A stretch of DNA of 64,000 bases from Minisyncoccota bacterium (GCA_036517535.1 DATDVS010000028.1:295-64294); one strand, 5' to 3'. Shown: positions 52,982 through 62,867, counted from the first letter of the stretch. Made by a program: numbers and translations. Notes: generated by a model not told the origin, from the letters alone.

Positions 52982-53935
52982 ATGATTAAGACATGTGAAT
53001 TTGTAAGTCCCGGGCATCCAGACAAAGTGTGCGACTTCATAGCTGACTCAATTTTAGATGCTTACCTCGCAGGAGATAAAGCGAGCCGAGTGGCAGTAGA
53101 GGTTATGGGGGGACACAATTTAATTAGCATCAATGGCGAGGTTACAAGCAAGAGTCATCCGGACATTGAATCTATTGTCAAAAAAATCGTGGGACAGGAT
53201 TTCAATGTGGCAGTGAATTTAAGTAAGCAAAGTCCGAGCATTGCCGCCGGGGTAGACACTGGCGGGGCGGGGGATCAAGGCATAATGAAGGGCTACGCCA
53301 CGGCGGATACCGCAAGCCTGATGCCGCGGGAATATGAATTGGCTCGAGATTTATGTAAAAAAGTTTACGAGAAATACCCATACGACGGGAAAGTACAGGT
53401 GACCACAGAAGTTGAAAGTGGAAAGTTAAAAGTGAAAAGTGTGGTTGCTAGCTTTCAGAATTCTAAAAACTCAGACCTTCTGCCACTTGTAAAAAGTATT
53501 ATCGAGGCAGAAGAATATTTAATCAATCCTGCAGGCGAGTGGACTCTTGGTGGGTTTGATGCGGACACAGGCCTCTCGGGCCGCAAACTTGTGATAGATA
53601 ACTACGGTCCTGAAATACCGATAGGTGGAGGATCTTTCTCTGGGAAGGACTACACAAAAGTGGATCGGAGTGGTGCATATATCGCGCGTAAGATTGCCGT
53701 GGATTTTGTGAAATCCAGCAAGGCCAAAGAAGTTTTTGTGAAGCTTGCGTATGCCATAGGCAAGCCCGAGCCGGTGATGGCGGTGGCCGCACTAGATGGC
53801 AAAGAGGTAAAAATAGAAGGGTATGATTTAACTCCAGCTGGAATAAAAAAGCTGCTTAATCTAGAAAATGTAAAATTCGCCGACACCGCCCAATGGGGCC
53901 ACTTCGGCCGAGCAGAGTTTCCCTGGGAGAATTAA
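52982..53935 (+). CDS. metK: S-adenosylmethionine synthetase, short form
   Basis: 317 aa. GHPDKVCDFIADSILDA, GAGDQGIMKGYA and GGGSFSGKDYTKVDRSGAY motifs. Confidence 0.85.
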   Translation: MIKTCEFVSPGHPDKVCDFIADSILDAYLAGDKASRVAVEVMGGHNLISINGEVTSKSHPDIESIVKKIVGQDFNVAVNLSKQSPSIAAGVDTGGAGDQGIMKGYATADTASLMPREYELARDLCKKVYEKYPYDGKVQVTTEVESGKLKVKSVVASFQNSKNSDLLPLVKSIIEAEEYLINPAGEWTLGGFDADTGLSGRKLVIDNYGPEIPIGGGSFSGKDYTKVDRSGAYIARKIAVDFVKSSKAKEVFVKLAYAIGKPEPVMAVAALDGKEVKIEGYDLTPAGIKKLLNLENVKFADTAQWGHFGRAEFPWEN

Positions 53936-53951
53936 ATGGTAATATAATTAT

Positions 53952-54683
53952 ATGGATGAAGGAAGATTAGGAAGAATGCCTCAAATTCCAGAGTTTCCAC
54001 CTCTAAAACAAGAGGACATGAAAGAAATTTTTAATTTATATATTTCATTAATGGGAAAATTTTCTGTGGAAACAATAAAAGCTACCGCTCCAGGGTTTAA
54101 AGCATACACAGGAATAGACGAAGATGTGGGTAATGATTGGAATAAAGAAGTGCCATTTTATAACACTGGCATAACTTTTTCACAACTTTTATACACTTTA
54201 GCTATGACTAGGCATCCTTTAGTTAAAGGAATTACTGATTCCGAGTTTGATGATTCGAAGTTTGACGCAAAGGAATTAATCGAACAGAAAATTATGAAGG
54301 GAATGAAAATTTTAGATTTAGGATCTGGCCCAAGACCAGTTTTTGCCAGATGTTGTCGCGCTATGGGAGCTGACGTCTGGACTGTTGATAAGCCACCAAG
54401 ATTATTCGGTACTTATGAGTTTAGGACAAACAGAAAACTTCTTAGTAAGGAGCAATGTGAATTAGAAGATAAGAGGCACATAGAAATTGACTTAACAAGT
54501 AAAAAAGCCACAGATGTTATTAAAGAAAAATCTCGTGGGGAATTTAACCTAGTGACTGAAGCTAATCTTATAGGTCCTGGATTGCATACAGATGAACAAA
54601 AGAGGAGTGTTGCTATGCCTCTACTAAAGAAAGGAGGAGTTTATTATAGTGTAAGTAATTTCAGACCAGAATTAAAAGAATAA
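53952..54683 (+). CDS. hypothetical protein, class I methyltransferase-like motif
   Basis: 243 aa. ILDLGSGPRP resembles SAM-binding motif I. AT-rich gene. Confidence 0.35.
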   Translation: MDEGRLGRMPQIPEFPPLKQEDMKEIFNLYISLMGKFSVETIKATAPGFKAYTGIDEDVGNDWNKEVPFYNTGITFSQLLYTLAMTRHPLVKGITDSEFDDSKFDAKELIEQKIMKGMKILDLGSGPRPVFARCCRAMGADVWTVDKPPRLFGTYEFRTNRKLLSKEQCELEDKRHIEIDLTSKKATDVIKEKSRGEFNLVTEANLIGPGLHTDEQKRSVAMPLLKKGGVYYSVSNFRPELKE

Positions 54684-54684
54684 A

Positions 54685-56079
54685 CTAAAGCCTTGAAACC
54701 TTTTGGCCTTCGGGGACGTCTTTGACTTCGTAGCCGAGAGTGTTTATTTTCTCTCGTAGCTCGTCTGACTTTTCAAAATTTTTATCTTTACGGGCGCGCT
54801 CGCGCTCTTTCAAAAGCTCGATAATTTCTTCCGGTAGTATTTCCTCCTTTATATGTTCGAAACCAAGGCCAAGGACTTTGTCGAAGTCGAGCAGGGTGGC
54901 TTTCTTGTCTGCGTTACTCATATTCTCGTCCTTAATCATGTCCCAAACCAAGGAGAGCGCCCGCGGGGTGTCCAGGTCGTCATTTAAGTACTGCTGGAAC
55001 TTATTTCTGTATTCTTCGTGTACTTCACCCACCTCCTCGCCAAGGTCCAAATAGAGCCTATATAGGCGTTTTAGGGCCGTTTCCGAGCCCTCCAGGGCTT
55101 CCCAGACGAAGTTTACTCTGGTACGGTAGTTGGCCATCAGGAGCCAGAATCGGTAGGAGAGGGGGTTGATGCCTTTGGCAATTATATCCCGCAAGGTATA
55201 AAAATTATTGAAAGACTTTGACATCTTTTTCTGATCCACGAGCACCCATTCATTGTGTAGCCAGTATTTCACAAAGTGCTTACCAGTAGCACCTTCGGAT
55301 TGCGCTATTTCGTTTTCGTGGTGAGGGAAGATGTTGTCTACTCCGCCTGTATGTATATCGAGCTCTTCACCGAGGCTCTTCATTGACATGGCTGAGCATT
55401 CTATGTGCCAGCCGGGACGGCCTTTGCCCAAGGAGGTATCCCAGAATACATCCCCATCCTTTTCATCCCAAGCCTTCCAAAGAGCGAAGTCCTGTGCGTT
55501 GTCTTTGTCATATTCATCCGTCTTGATTCGCCCCGAAGCATTTTCTTTCTGATTTTCTATTATTAAATGTGAGAGCTTGCCGTAATTTTTAAATTTTCTA
55601 ATATCATAGTATACGCTCCCATCCGGGCTCTTGTAAGCGAGCCCCTTTTCGAGAAGCTTCTCGATTATTTTTACCATCTCATCTATATAATCCGTGGCCT
55701 TGATGAATTTAGCGGGGGGTAGAATATTTAAAGACTTTATATCTTTATAAAATTCTTCCGTATAAAATTCGGTGAAGTCTTTTAGAGTTTTGCTTTTTTT
55801 TTGTGATTCGCGAATAGTTTTATCGTCAATATCGGTGAGGTTCATGATGTGCTTGACCTTGTAGCCGTTGTAGAGGAGTACTCGCTTCAAAACATCGGCG
55901 AAAACATATGCACGGTAATTGCCAATGTGTGCGTAGTTGTATACCGTCGGCCCACAGGAATACATGCGCACCTCCTTCGGGTTTATGGGTATGAATTCTT
56001 CTTTCTCCCGCGAGAGGGTATTATGCAGTAATATTTTTTTGTGAGTTTTCACTGAATTCATTTCTATAAATCGAGACAA
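54685..56079 (-). CDS. cysS: cysteine--tRNA ligase
   Basis: 464 aa. CGPTVYNYAHIGNYR (HIGH) and KMSKS motifs. The true start may be Met 7 or Val 10, because the ORF 5' end overlaps the upstream transporter gene. Confidence 0.9.
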   Translation of the reverse strand: MSRFIEMNSVKTHKKILLHNTLSREKEEFIPINPKEVRMYSCGPTVYNYAHIGNYRAYVFADVLKRVLLYNGYKVKHIMNLTDIDDKTIRESQKKSKTLKDFTEFYTEEFYKDIKSLNILPPAKFIKATDYIDEMVKIIEKLLEKGLAYKSPDGSVYYDIRKFKNYGKLSHLIIENQKENASGRIKTDEYDKDNAQDFALWKAWDEKDGDVFWDTSLGKGRPGWHIECSAMSMKSLGEELDIHTGGVDNIFPHHENEIAQSEGATGKHFVKYWLHNEWVLVDQKKMSKSFNNFYTLRDIIAKGINPLSYRFWLLMANYRTRVNFVWEALEGSETALKRLYRLYLDLGEEVGEVHEEYRNKFQQYLNDDLDTPRALSLVWDMIKDENMSNADKKATLLDFDKVLGLGFEHIKEEILPEEIIELLKERERARKDKNFEKSDELREKINTLGYEVKDVPEGQKVSRL

Positions 56080-57082
56080 GAGTATAAAGGAGGCTGACGC
56101 ACAAGGGTCCGATCAGGAGCCCCACCGGACCCAGGAATGATATTCCGCCGAGTACCGCAAAGAGAATGAGTAGAGGGGGAATTTTAATCGAACGGCCTAT
56201 CACCATCGGACTCAAGAAATTATCGATCATGCCTACCGCTACCACTGACCAAACGAGAAGCCCGATCGAGGCCGGTATGTGGCCTGTCGCGTAGAGGAAT
56301 ATGATCGCCGGTACGGACACTAGCGCTGTGCCGATGGTGGGCAGGAGGGAGGCTACTGCCGCTACCACTCCCCAGAGCGCCGGGTTGGGAACATGAAAGA
56401 TCCAAAGCCCGACACCCATCAATATTCCCTGGATTAAGGCTATCAGGAGCGATCCTTTTATCACGGTGTTTACGGATTGGGCCAGCCGGCCTATTATTTT
56501 CTCATCGTGAATATCTGAAAGCGGGGAAAGCACGACGACGGCATTCCGCCACCGCTCCCCGTCCTTAAGGAAGTAAAAAATAATTAAAAGCATTAACAGG
56601 AATGAAAAGAAGGCGGAGATGACAGAGGTAAATATATTAGCAACATGAGAAGATAAGAAGGACACGAATTCCCGAGTCTTTTCTTTAACGTTGATCTGAA
56701 TGCCTTCCGGCAGGACCCGGTTTACTGTTTCATCCAGGGATTCCAGGAAGGGCTCGATACTATTGCCATCCACCACTTCGCGATAGAGGTCCTGGCTTTG
56801 ATTGAAAACCATCGTCCCCACAATCAAAAGCGGACCGCAAAGCACTATCGTGAACATAAGGACGGTCATAAGTGCCGCCAGCCAGTTGGAGAACCTTATC
56901 GTCTTCCAGCCTTGGTAGATGGGATAAAGCACAATTGAAAAAGATATGCCTAAAACCAAAACTACCCAAAATGGGCGAAAGATCAAAAAAGTGAAAATAA
57001 GAGTGGCAAGGAGAAGTCCAAAAAAGAAATATCTTTCTATCGATTTTGAATGCATAAGATAAAGTATAGCAAAATCTTGCAT
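56021..57082 (-). CDS. AI-2E family transporter (PerM/UPF0118)
   Basis: 353 aa polytopic membrane protein with a PerM-like sequence. Confidence 0.75.
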   Translation of the reverse strand: MQDFAILYLMHSKSIERYFFFGLLLATLIFTFLIFRPFWVVLVLGISFSIVLYPIYQGWKTIRFSNWLAALMTVLMFTIVLCGPLLIVGTMVFNQSQDLYREVVDGNSIEPFLESLDETVNRVLPEGIQINVKEKTREFVSFLSSHVANIFTSVISAFFSFLLMLLIIFYFLKDGERWRNAVVVLSPLSDIHDEKIIGRLAQSVNTVIKGSLLIALIQGILMGVGLWIFHVPNPALWGVVAAVASLLPTIGTALVSVPAIIFLYATGHIPASIGLLVWSVVAVGMIDNFLSPMVIGRSIKIPPLLILFAVLGGISFLGPVGLLIGPLCVSLLYTLVSIYRNEFSENSQKNITA

Positions 57083-57105
57083 ATTTCCACAATATCGGCT
57101 AATAT
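57077..57105 (+). promoter_or_regulatory. rplU promoter
   Basis: TTGCAT, 17 nt, TAATAT, then 8 nt to the ATG at 57114. Confidence 0.45.
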
Positions 57106-57113
57106 AGGCCCAT

Positions 57114-57440
57114 ATGAAAAAGGAGGAATTTGCGGTTATTCATACCGGTGGCAAGCAATACAAGGTCTCGGAAGGAGGCATTGTTTCTATTGAAAAAATA
57201 AAAGGAGAATACGCCAAAGGGGACAAATTGTCCTTCGACAAAGTGCTCCTGGTGGACGACGGCAAGGACACGACCATCGGCACGCCCTACATCTCTGGCG
57301 CGAAAGTAGACGCGGAAATCGTAGAAATCGGCCGGGCCCGCAAGGTGATGGTAGTGAAATACAAGCAAAAATCCCGCTATCTAAAGCGCAACGGCCACCG
57401 CCAGCCGTTTTTCAAAGTGAAGATTGTTTCAATAAAATAA
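57114..57440 (+). CDS. rplU: 50S ribosomal protein L21
   Basis: 108 aa with a typical L21 sequence (FAVIHTGGKQYKV...). Confidence 0.9.
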   Translation: MKKEEFAVIHTGGKQYKVSEGGIVSIEKIKGEYAKGDKLSFDKVLLVDDGKDTTIGTPYISGAKVDAEIVEIGRARKVMVVKYKQKSRYLKRNGHRQPFFKVKIVSIK

Positions 57441-57448
57441 AGTTTATT

Positions 57449-58051
57449 TTATTGCCGATTTTTTAATGCGTTTTTGAGCGTGTCGTTGTCGGAGTATTCC
57501 AGCTCGGTGCCGGTGGAGAGACCTTTGCCAAGAGAAGAAATTTTTATATTTGGAAAAGATTGTAGCTCTGTACGCACATAGGCATCGGTGTGGTCGCCTT
57601 GAGGGGATATGGCGAAGGCTATAATTACCTCTTTCAGATCCGTATCTTTTTTTATTTTATTTTTTAATTCTTCGATCCGCACTCGGCTTTTGGTACTTTT
57701 CTCCACTATCGGCACCAGGCCGCCCAGGACAAAATATTTTCCCTGGTAAGTCCGGCTTTTACGGACACTTTCCAAATCTGAATCTTTCTCCACCACCATA
57801 AGGAGCGAGGCATCCGTATTGGGGCTGGCGCAAATATCACAGGCACCTTTCTTGTTTTTAGAAGCGAGGAAGAACCTGAAACATTCCCGGCATTGCGCGA
57901 TGTCTTTTTTTAATTCCAAAACCAAGGAGGATAGGTTGGCGGAGTATGCCGGTGTCCTGCCCATCAGGAAATACACAAATCTTTTTGCCTGCCTTTCACC
58001 TATGCCGGGAAATTCCTTGAATATTTCAGTCAATTTGTCGACAGTATCCAT
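57449..58051 (-). CDS. recR: recombination protein RecR
   Basis: 200 aa. HhH (FPGIGERQAKRF), a C4 zinc finger and a Toprim domain. Confidence 0.9.
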   Translation of the reverse strand: MDTVDKLTEIFKEFPGIGERQAKRFVYFLMGRTPAYSANLSSLVLELKKDIAQCRECFRFFLASKNKKGACDICASPNTDASLLMVVEKDSDLESVRKSRTYQGKYFVLGGLVPIVEKSTKSRVRIEELKNKIKKDTDLKEVIIAFAISPQGDHTDAYVRTELQSFPNIKISSLGKGLSTGTELEYSDNDTLKNALKNRQ

Positions 58052-58081
58052 AAGATATAGTATATCTTATTCCATCAAACT

Positions 58082-59470
58082 CTAGAACTCATCCAAATCA
58101 CTTGCAGCTTTTGCCGATGTGAACTCGCTCAAGTTGCTTTTTTCCAGGTTCAGGAAGGTGGTGGTTTTCTCGTCGAAGTAAAGGTCCACTTTGCCGGTCG
58201 GACCATTGCGGTGTTTTTCGATCAAGATCTCGGCAATGTTCGTTTTCTCGGATTCATCCTTGCCTTTATCCTCGCGATGAATGAACATCACGACGTCCGC
58301 ATCCTGCTCGATGGATCCGGAATCTCGGAGGTCGGAGAGTCGGGGCTTGCCCCCGCGGGATTCTACCGCGCGAGAGAGCTGGGAAAGGGCGAGTACCGGC
58401 ACATCGAGCTCCTTGGCGAGCGATTTGAGCGAGCGGGAAATTTCCGTGACCTGGTTGACCATCGAGTCGTAATTCTTGGAAGTGGTCATGAGCTGGAGAT
58501 AGTCGACGACGATGAGGTCCACGCCTTTTTCGACTTTCAGCCGGCGAGCCAGAGCTTTCATCCGCACGATGGAGTTGCCGGGCTGGTCGTCGATGTAAAT
58601 TTTTGCCTTGGCGAGCTTGTCCAGGGAATCGCGAAGTAGGGAGAATTCACGATCCGAGGAAAGGCGGCCGGTACGCAGGTTCCAGGCATTCACGCGGGAC
58701 TGCGCTGAGAGCATGCGGTCCACCAGCTGCTGGGAGGACATTTCCAGGGAAAATATCACCACTGATTTGTCGTGGTTGATGGCCGTCATCCGGGCGATGT
58801 CGAGGGCGAGCGTGGTCTTACCCATAGAAGGCCGGGCGGCCAGGATCACCAGGTCGGACTTCTGAAAGCCGGAGAGCATGGTATCGAGGTCCTTGAATCC
58901 GGTCGGCAGTCCGCGTAGCATGCCCTTGTTCTCATGAAGTCTTTCCAATCTCTCATAAGCTTCCGGCAGAGCGTCCTTCAGAGCAACGTATTTTTGATTC
59001 TTCGGGGAAGAGATAACATGAAAAACTTTTTTCTCCGCCATATCGAGGATGTCATCCATGTGGTCATCACCTTCTTCAAAAGCAAGCTCGGACACATAGT
59101 CGGCCGCTTCGATCAGGCTGCGCAGAACGTATTTTTTTTGCACGATTTCTGCATAATGCTTTACATTAGTGGAGGAGGGGACAGTATTTATTATTTCCGC
59201 CAGGTAGGAACTTCCTCCCATTCGGTCGAGGAGTTTCTGCTCGGTGAGCTTGGTCGAGAGTGAAAGCATGTCGATCGGCTCGTTTCTGAGCGAAAGGTCG
59301 AGCATTGCCTTGTAGATCATTTTGTGTTTCTCGGAATAAAAAGAATCAGGGCTCAGTATGTCTTCCACTTCGTGGATGGCGTCTTTGCGGAGCATGATAG
59401 AGCCCAAGACCGCCTGCTCGGATTCAAGGCTTTGCGGAGGGATGCGCACACTGGAGGGCTTTTTTACCAT
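58082..59470 (-). CDS. dnaB: replicative DNA helicase DnaB
   Basis: 462 aa. IPPQSLESEQAVLGSIM at the N-terminus and Walker A ARPSMGKT. Confidence 0.95.
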   Translation of the reverse strand: MVKKPSSVRIPPQSLESEQAVLGSIMLRKDAIHEVEDILSPDSFYSEKHKMIYKAMLDLSLRNEPIDMLSLSTKLTEQKLLDRMGGSSYLAEIINTVPSSTNVKHYAEIVQKKYVLRSLIEAADYVSELAFEEGDDHMDDILDMAEKKVFHVISSPKNQKYVALKDALPEAYERLERLHENKGMLRGLPTGFKDLDTMLSGFQKSDLVILAARPSMGKTTLALDIARMTAINHDKSVVIFSLEMSSQQLVDRMLSAQSRVNAWNLRTGRLSSDREFSLLRDSLDKLAKAKIYIDDQPGNSIVRMKALARRLKVEKGVDLIVVDYLQLMTTSKNYDSMVNQVTEISRSLKSLAKELDVPVLALSQLSRAVESRGGKPRLSDLRDSGSIEQDADVVMFIHREDKGKDESEKTNIAEILIEKHRNGPTGKVDLYFDEKTTTFLNLEKSNLSEFTSAKAASDLDEF

Positions 59471-59581
59471 TTCCGAATTCTAGCATGAAAGGATTTTTGT
59501 CAAAGCTTTAAAGTGAGCAAAGGTGTTATTAAAATGGGGACATCCTCCAAAGGCGGACAAGAATATGCTAATATATTGGAT

Positions 59582-60535
59582 ATGTCTAAAAAGGTAGCAT
59601 TGTCAGGCATCCAGCCTTCCGGTAAGCCTCATATAGGCAATTATTTTGCCATGATGAAGCAGATGGTGGACCTCCAGGATGAGTATCAGGTTTACGCTTT
59701 TATTGTGGATTATCATGCTCTCAAATCCGTACAAAATCCGAAGGAAATGCGTGAGAATATCATAAGTGTACTTCTCGACTTTCTGGCTATCGGCCTCGAT
59801 CCCAAGAAAGCCTTAATTTATAAACAATCCGATATTTCAGAACACACCGAGCTTGCTTGGATTTTTGATACGATTACCACTATGCCGTATTTAATGCGCG
59901 CACACGCCTTCAAGGACGCGGAGGCGAAGAATAAGGAAATAGACGTGGGTACTTTCAACTACCCGATACTGATGGCGGCGGACATCCTGCTTTATGATGC
60001 CGATGTCATCCCCGTTGGTGCCGACCAGAAACAACATGTCGAAATTGCGCGCGATGTCGCGGAAAAGTTTAATCGTATTTATGGCGAAACTTTTAAATTA
60101 CCCGAAGCAAAAATTTTGAAAGAAGTGGCAGTAATACCTGGTACTGATGGCCGGAAAATGAGCAAGAGTTATGGCAACACTATTCCGCTTTTCGCCGAGT
60201 ACGAGGAGATAAAAAAAGCTGTGATGAGTATTGTCACAGATTCAAGCGAGGGGATTCCGAAGAATGTGTACGCAATACACAATCTCTTCCGTCCGGCTTC
60301 CGAGCTCCTGCCACTGTATGAGTCAAAAGTCGGCAAATACAAGGAACTCAAAGAAATCTTGATCGAAGACATCGAAAAGTTCATCGCCCCGATGCGGGAG
60401 AAAAGGAAAAAATTGGAAAAAGACATAAAGGGCGCACTAAAAATCCTGAAAGAAGGCGGACAGCGAGCCAAGAAGATTGCGGCTAAGAAAATGGAAGAAG
60501 TGCGAGAGAAAATAGGCGTGGACGTGTATAATTAG
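59582..60535 (+). CDS. trpS: tryptophan--tRNA ligase
   Basis: Start taken at Met 24 of ORF 59513-60535 (MSKKVALSGIQPSGKPHIGNY). KMSKS is present. A TGcTAATAT element lies 7 nt upstream. Confidence 0.9.
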   Translation: MSKKVALSGIQPSGKPHIGNYFAMMKQMVDLQDEYQVYAFIVDYHALKSVQNPKEMRENIISVLLDFLAIGLDPKKALIYKQSDISEHTELAWIFDTITTMPYLMRAHAFKDAEAKNKEIDVGTFNYPILMAADILLYDADVIPVGADQKQHVEIARDVAEKFNRIYGETFKLPEAKILKEVAVIPGTDGRKMSKSYGNTIPLFAEYEEIKKAVMSIVTDSSEGIPKNVYAIHNLFRPASELLPLYESKVGKYKELKEILIEDIEKFIAPMREKRKKLEKDIKGALKILKEGGQRAKKIAAKKMEEVREKIGVDVYN

Positions 60536-60550
60536 TATATAATTAAGCAA

Positions 60551-62860
60551 ATGCCCAAGATCAAACTTTTTGTTGCACTGGCTCTCGCACTTGCCGTGTT
60601 TATTTCTCCAGATTCGGTTCGGGCGGCCATCATCGATCTTGACGTTTCTATTTCCGGTAATACTTTGCTTATCAATTCCTGCGGGTCCCAACTCCGGCCT
60701 TATATAGGGTATAAAGGATATGTAAATGATGTGGAGGTAATGACCACAGGCTTTTATGGCGGTCTGCCCTGCTACAACGGCGACGTCTTTATTCAGGACC
60801 TGACTCAATTCTTGCGGTCTTACGGGGACGTTAAAACCATTCGATATGACTTTTATATCGCAACCGATTTCTCCTCTCCGCTCTATGCGACCTTTACTGT
60901 TTATTATTATGGCTCCAGTTTTACTCTCACCCCGCCGCCACCCGCGCCAGAATGCACGGTGAATTGCTTTTCAAACGTTTTGTTTCTTCCTGGGATAAAA
61001 GGCAGCGTGCTACAGACATCAAATGACGTTCTCTGGCCACCAACCACTTCCTGGAGTAATGATATCCCCCAACTTGCCCTCAATGATGCCGGGGAGAGTG
61101 TGAATGCTGTTTATGTGAACGGTGTGCTAAACGAATTTTACGGTACAGATGTTTATCTGCCGTTTTCGGAATTCATGGATGGTCTAGTGTCCGAGGGTCT
61201 GATCCAGGAATGGCTGCCGCTGGCTTACGACTGGCGCTATTCGCCGGAGAAAATATTGGCGGATGGAATCAAAACAGAGCACTCGACTCTCGACGTGCTC
61301 GACGAAATACAGAAACTTGCGGAGCATTCCCGCACTGGCAAAGTGAGCATCGTTGCACACTCCATGGGCGGCTTACTGGGGAAAACGATTATCAAGAAGC
61401 TCGAAGAGGAAGGTAAAAGTAATTTGATTGAATCTTTTATAATGGTCGGTACGCCCCAGCTGGGTACCCCGCAAGCTGCGGCCGTGTTTCTACACGGTGA
61501 CCACGAAGGAATTCTCGGCGGCTTTATTGTGGATGCGTCCGAGATGCGTGCTATCGGCAGAAATATGCCTGGAGCCTATAATCTTTTGCCTTCGCCTCGG
61601 TATTTCAACGAAGTTGCCGACAAGGTAATTGAGTTTGACCCGACTGCTTCCTTTACCGATACCTGGCGCGTGCTCTGGGGCGAGACCATCGACAACTTTA
61701 CCGAATTTACGTCCTTTCTCGCCGCCGAGGGTGCACCTCGCGATAGGCCGGCTGAAAATATTCTGACTAGTCCTGAAGTTCTTCGCCGCGACCTCCTTGA
61801 CGGCGCCTATGCTTTTCACAATACCTATGACCACTACCAAATTCCAGTCGATATTCGCGTTGTCCAAATCGCTGGTTGGGGGATGCCGACCGTAAAGGGA
61901 GTTAAATATAAACTAATGCACCAGACACCGAGCTATGAGGTGGAATATACAGTTGAGGGAGATAAGACAGTTGTGTACCCATCCGCCGTTTCATCGATGA
62001 CAGACGAGACGTATTATTTTGATCTTGCTGTGTATAATGCACTTGAAAATTTCCCCGATTCTCAACATAGGAGTTTGCTTAATACTTTTCCTATGCAAAG
62101 TGTAGTTAAAAAAATTATAGAACAAGGCGAGATTTCTAACAATTCAATAATAAACGATACAAAGCCAGATCCAGGGAGCATTTATGATAAATTAATTATT
62201 AGCATCCACTCCCCAGTTATTCTTGGTGCCTATGACCAACTTGGTAATTTCACCGGTGTTGAACAAAACCAGGATTTATCAGCCGATATATGGTCAGTTA
62301 AAGAAAACATACCCGGCAGTTCTTTCTTGCAAACAGCCGAAGGTCAATATATCTTTGTTCCAAAGGAGGGGACATACAATTTCGTATATCGAGGCATTGG
62401 CGACGGGCCCACAACCGTCAGAATCGATAATTTTTCCATAGATGTGATGACTACGCTTGCCGAGTATTCGGATATTTCGACCACCATAGATACCAGAACC
62501 GCCTTTTCAGTATCAGCTACCCAACCCGAAGAAACAATTCTTCAAATTGACTACAATACTGACGGGAAAATAGATGATTCCCTGTATGCCGATGACTACC
62601 AATTTACTCTCGCTCAGCTTCTTGAAATTCTTAAGAATAAAGTAAGTTCATTAGACGCTAAAGATCAGGTCAAAAAGCAACTACTTAAGAAAGTTGAAAA
62701 TCTGGAAAAGAAAATTAACTCAAATAAGACAAAAAAGCTTGATAAAAAATTATCTAAACTTATTAAAGATATCATCAAAAAAGGCAAAAAGGGCAAGCTC
62801 GATAGCCAATCCACCGAAAAGCTTATCAATCTCATTGAGCAAATTGAGGGTGTGATATAA
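60551..62860 (+). CDS. secreted alpha/beta-hydrolase, LCAT/PGAP1-like lipase or acyltransferase, with large extra domains and a Lys-rich C-terminal coiled coil
   Basis: 769 aa. Signal peptide MPKIKLFVALALALAVFISPDSVRA. Nucleophile elbow VSIVAHSMGG. Confidence 0.6.
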   Translation: MPKIKLFVALALALAVFISPDSVRAAIIDLDVSISGNTLLINSCGSQLRPYIGYKGYVNDVEVMTTGFYGGLPCYNGDVFIQDLTQFLRSYGDVKTIRYDFYIATDFSSPLYATFTVYYYGSSFTLTPPPPAPECTVNCFSNVLFLPGIKGSVLQTSNDVLWPPTTSWSNDIPQLALNDAGESVNAVYVNGVLNEFYGTDVYLPFSEFMDGLVSEGLIQEWLPLAYDWRYSPEKILADGIKTEHSTLDVLDEIQKLAEHSRTGKVSIVAHSMGGLLGKTIIKKLEEEGKSNLIESFIMVGTPQLGTPQAAAVFLHGDHEGILGGFIVDASEMRAIGRNMPGAYNLLPSPRYFNEVADKVIEFDPTASFTDTWRVLWGETIDNFTEFTSFLAAEGAPRDRPAENILTSPEVLRRDLLDGAYAFHNTYDHYQIPVDIRVVQIAGWGMPTVKGVKYKLMHQTPSYEVEYTVEGDKTVVYPSAVSSMTDETYYFDLAVYNALENFPDSQHRSLLNTFPMQSVVKKIIEQGEISNNSIINDTKPDPGSIYDKLIISIHSPVILGAYDQLGNFTGVEQNQDLSADIWSVKENIPGSSFLQTAEGQYIFVPKEGTYNFVYRGIGDGPTTVRIDNFSIDVMTTLAEYSDISTTIDTRTAFSVSATQPEETILQIDYNTDGKIDDSLYADDYQFTLAQLLEILKNKVSSLDAKDQVKKQLLKKVENLEKKINSNKTKKLDKKLSKLIKDIIKKGKKGKLDSQSTEKLINLIEQIEGVI

Positions 62861-62867
62861 TCTAAAC

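Noticed and set aside
59513-59581. GTG start at 59513 for trpS, giving a 23-residue N-terminal extension.
   Set aside because: The TrpRS N-terminus normally starts just before the xxSGIQPSG/HIGN region. A TGcTAATAT element lies 7 nt upstream of the internal ATG at 59582.
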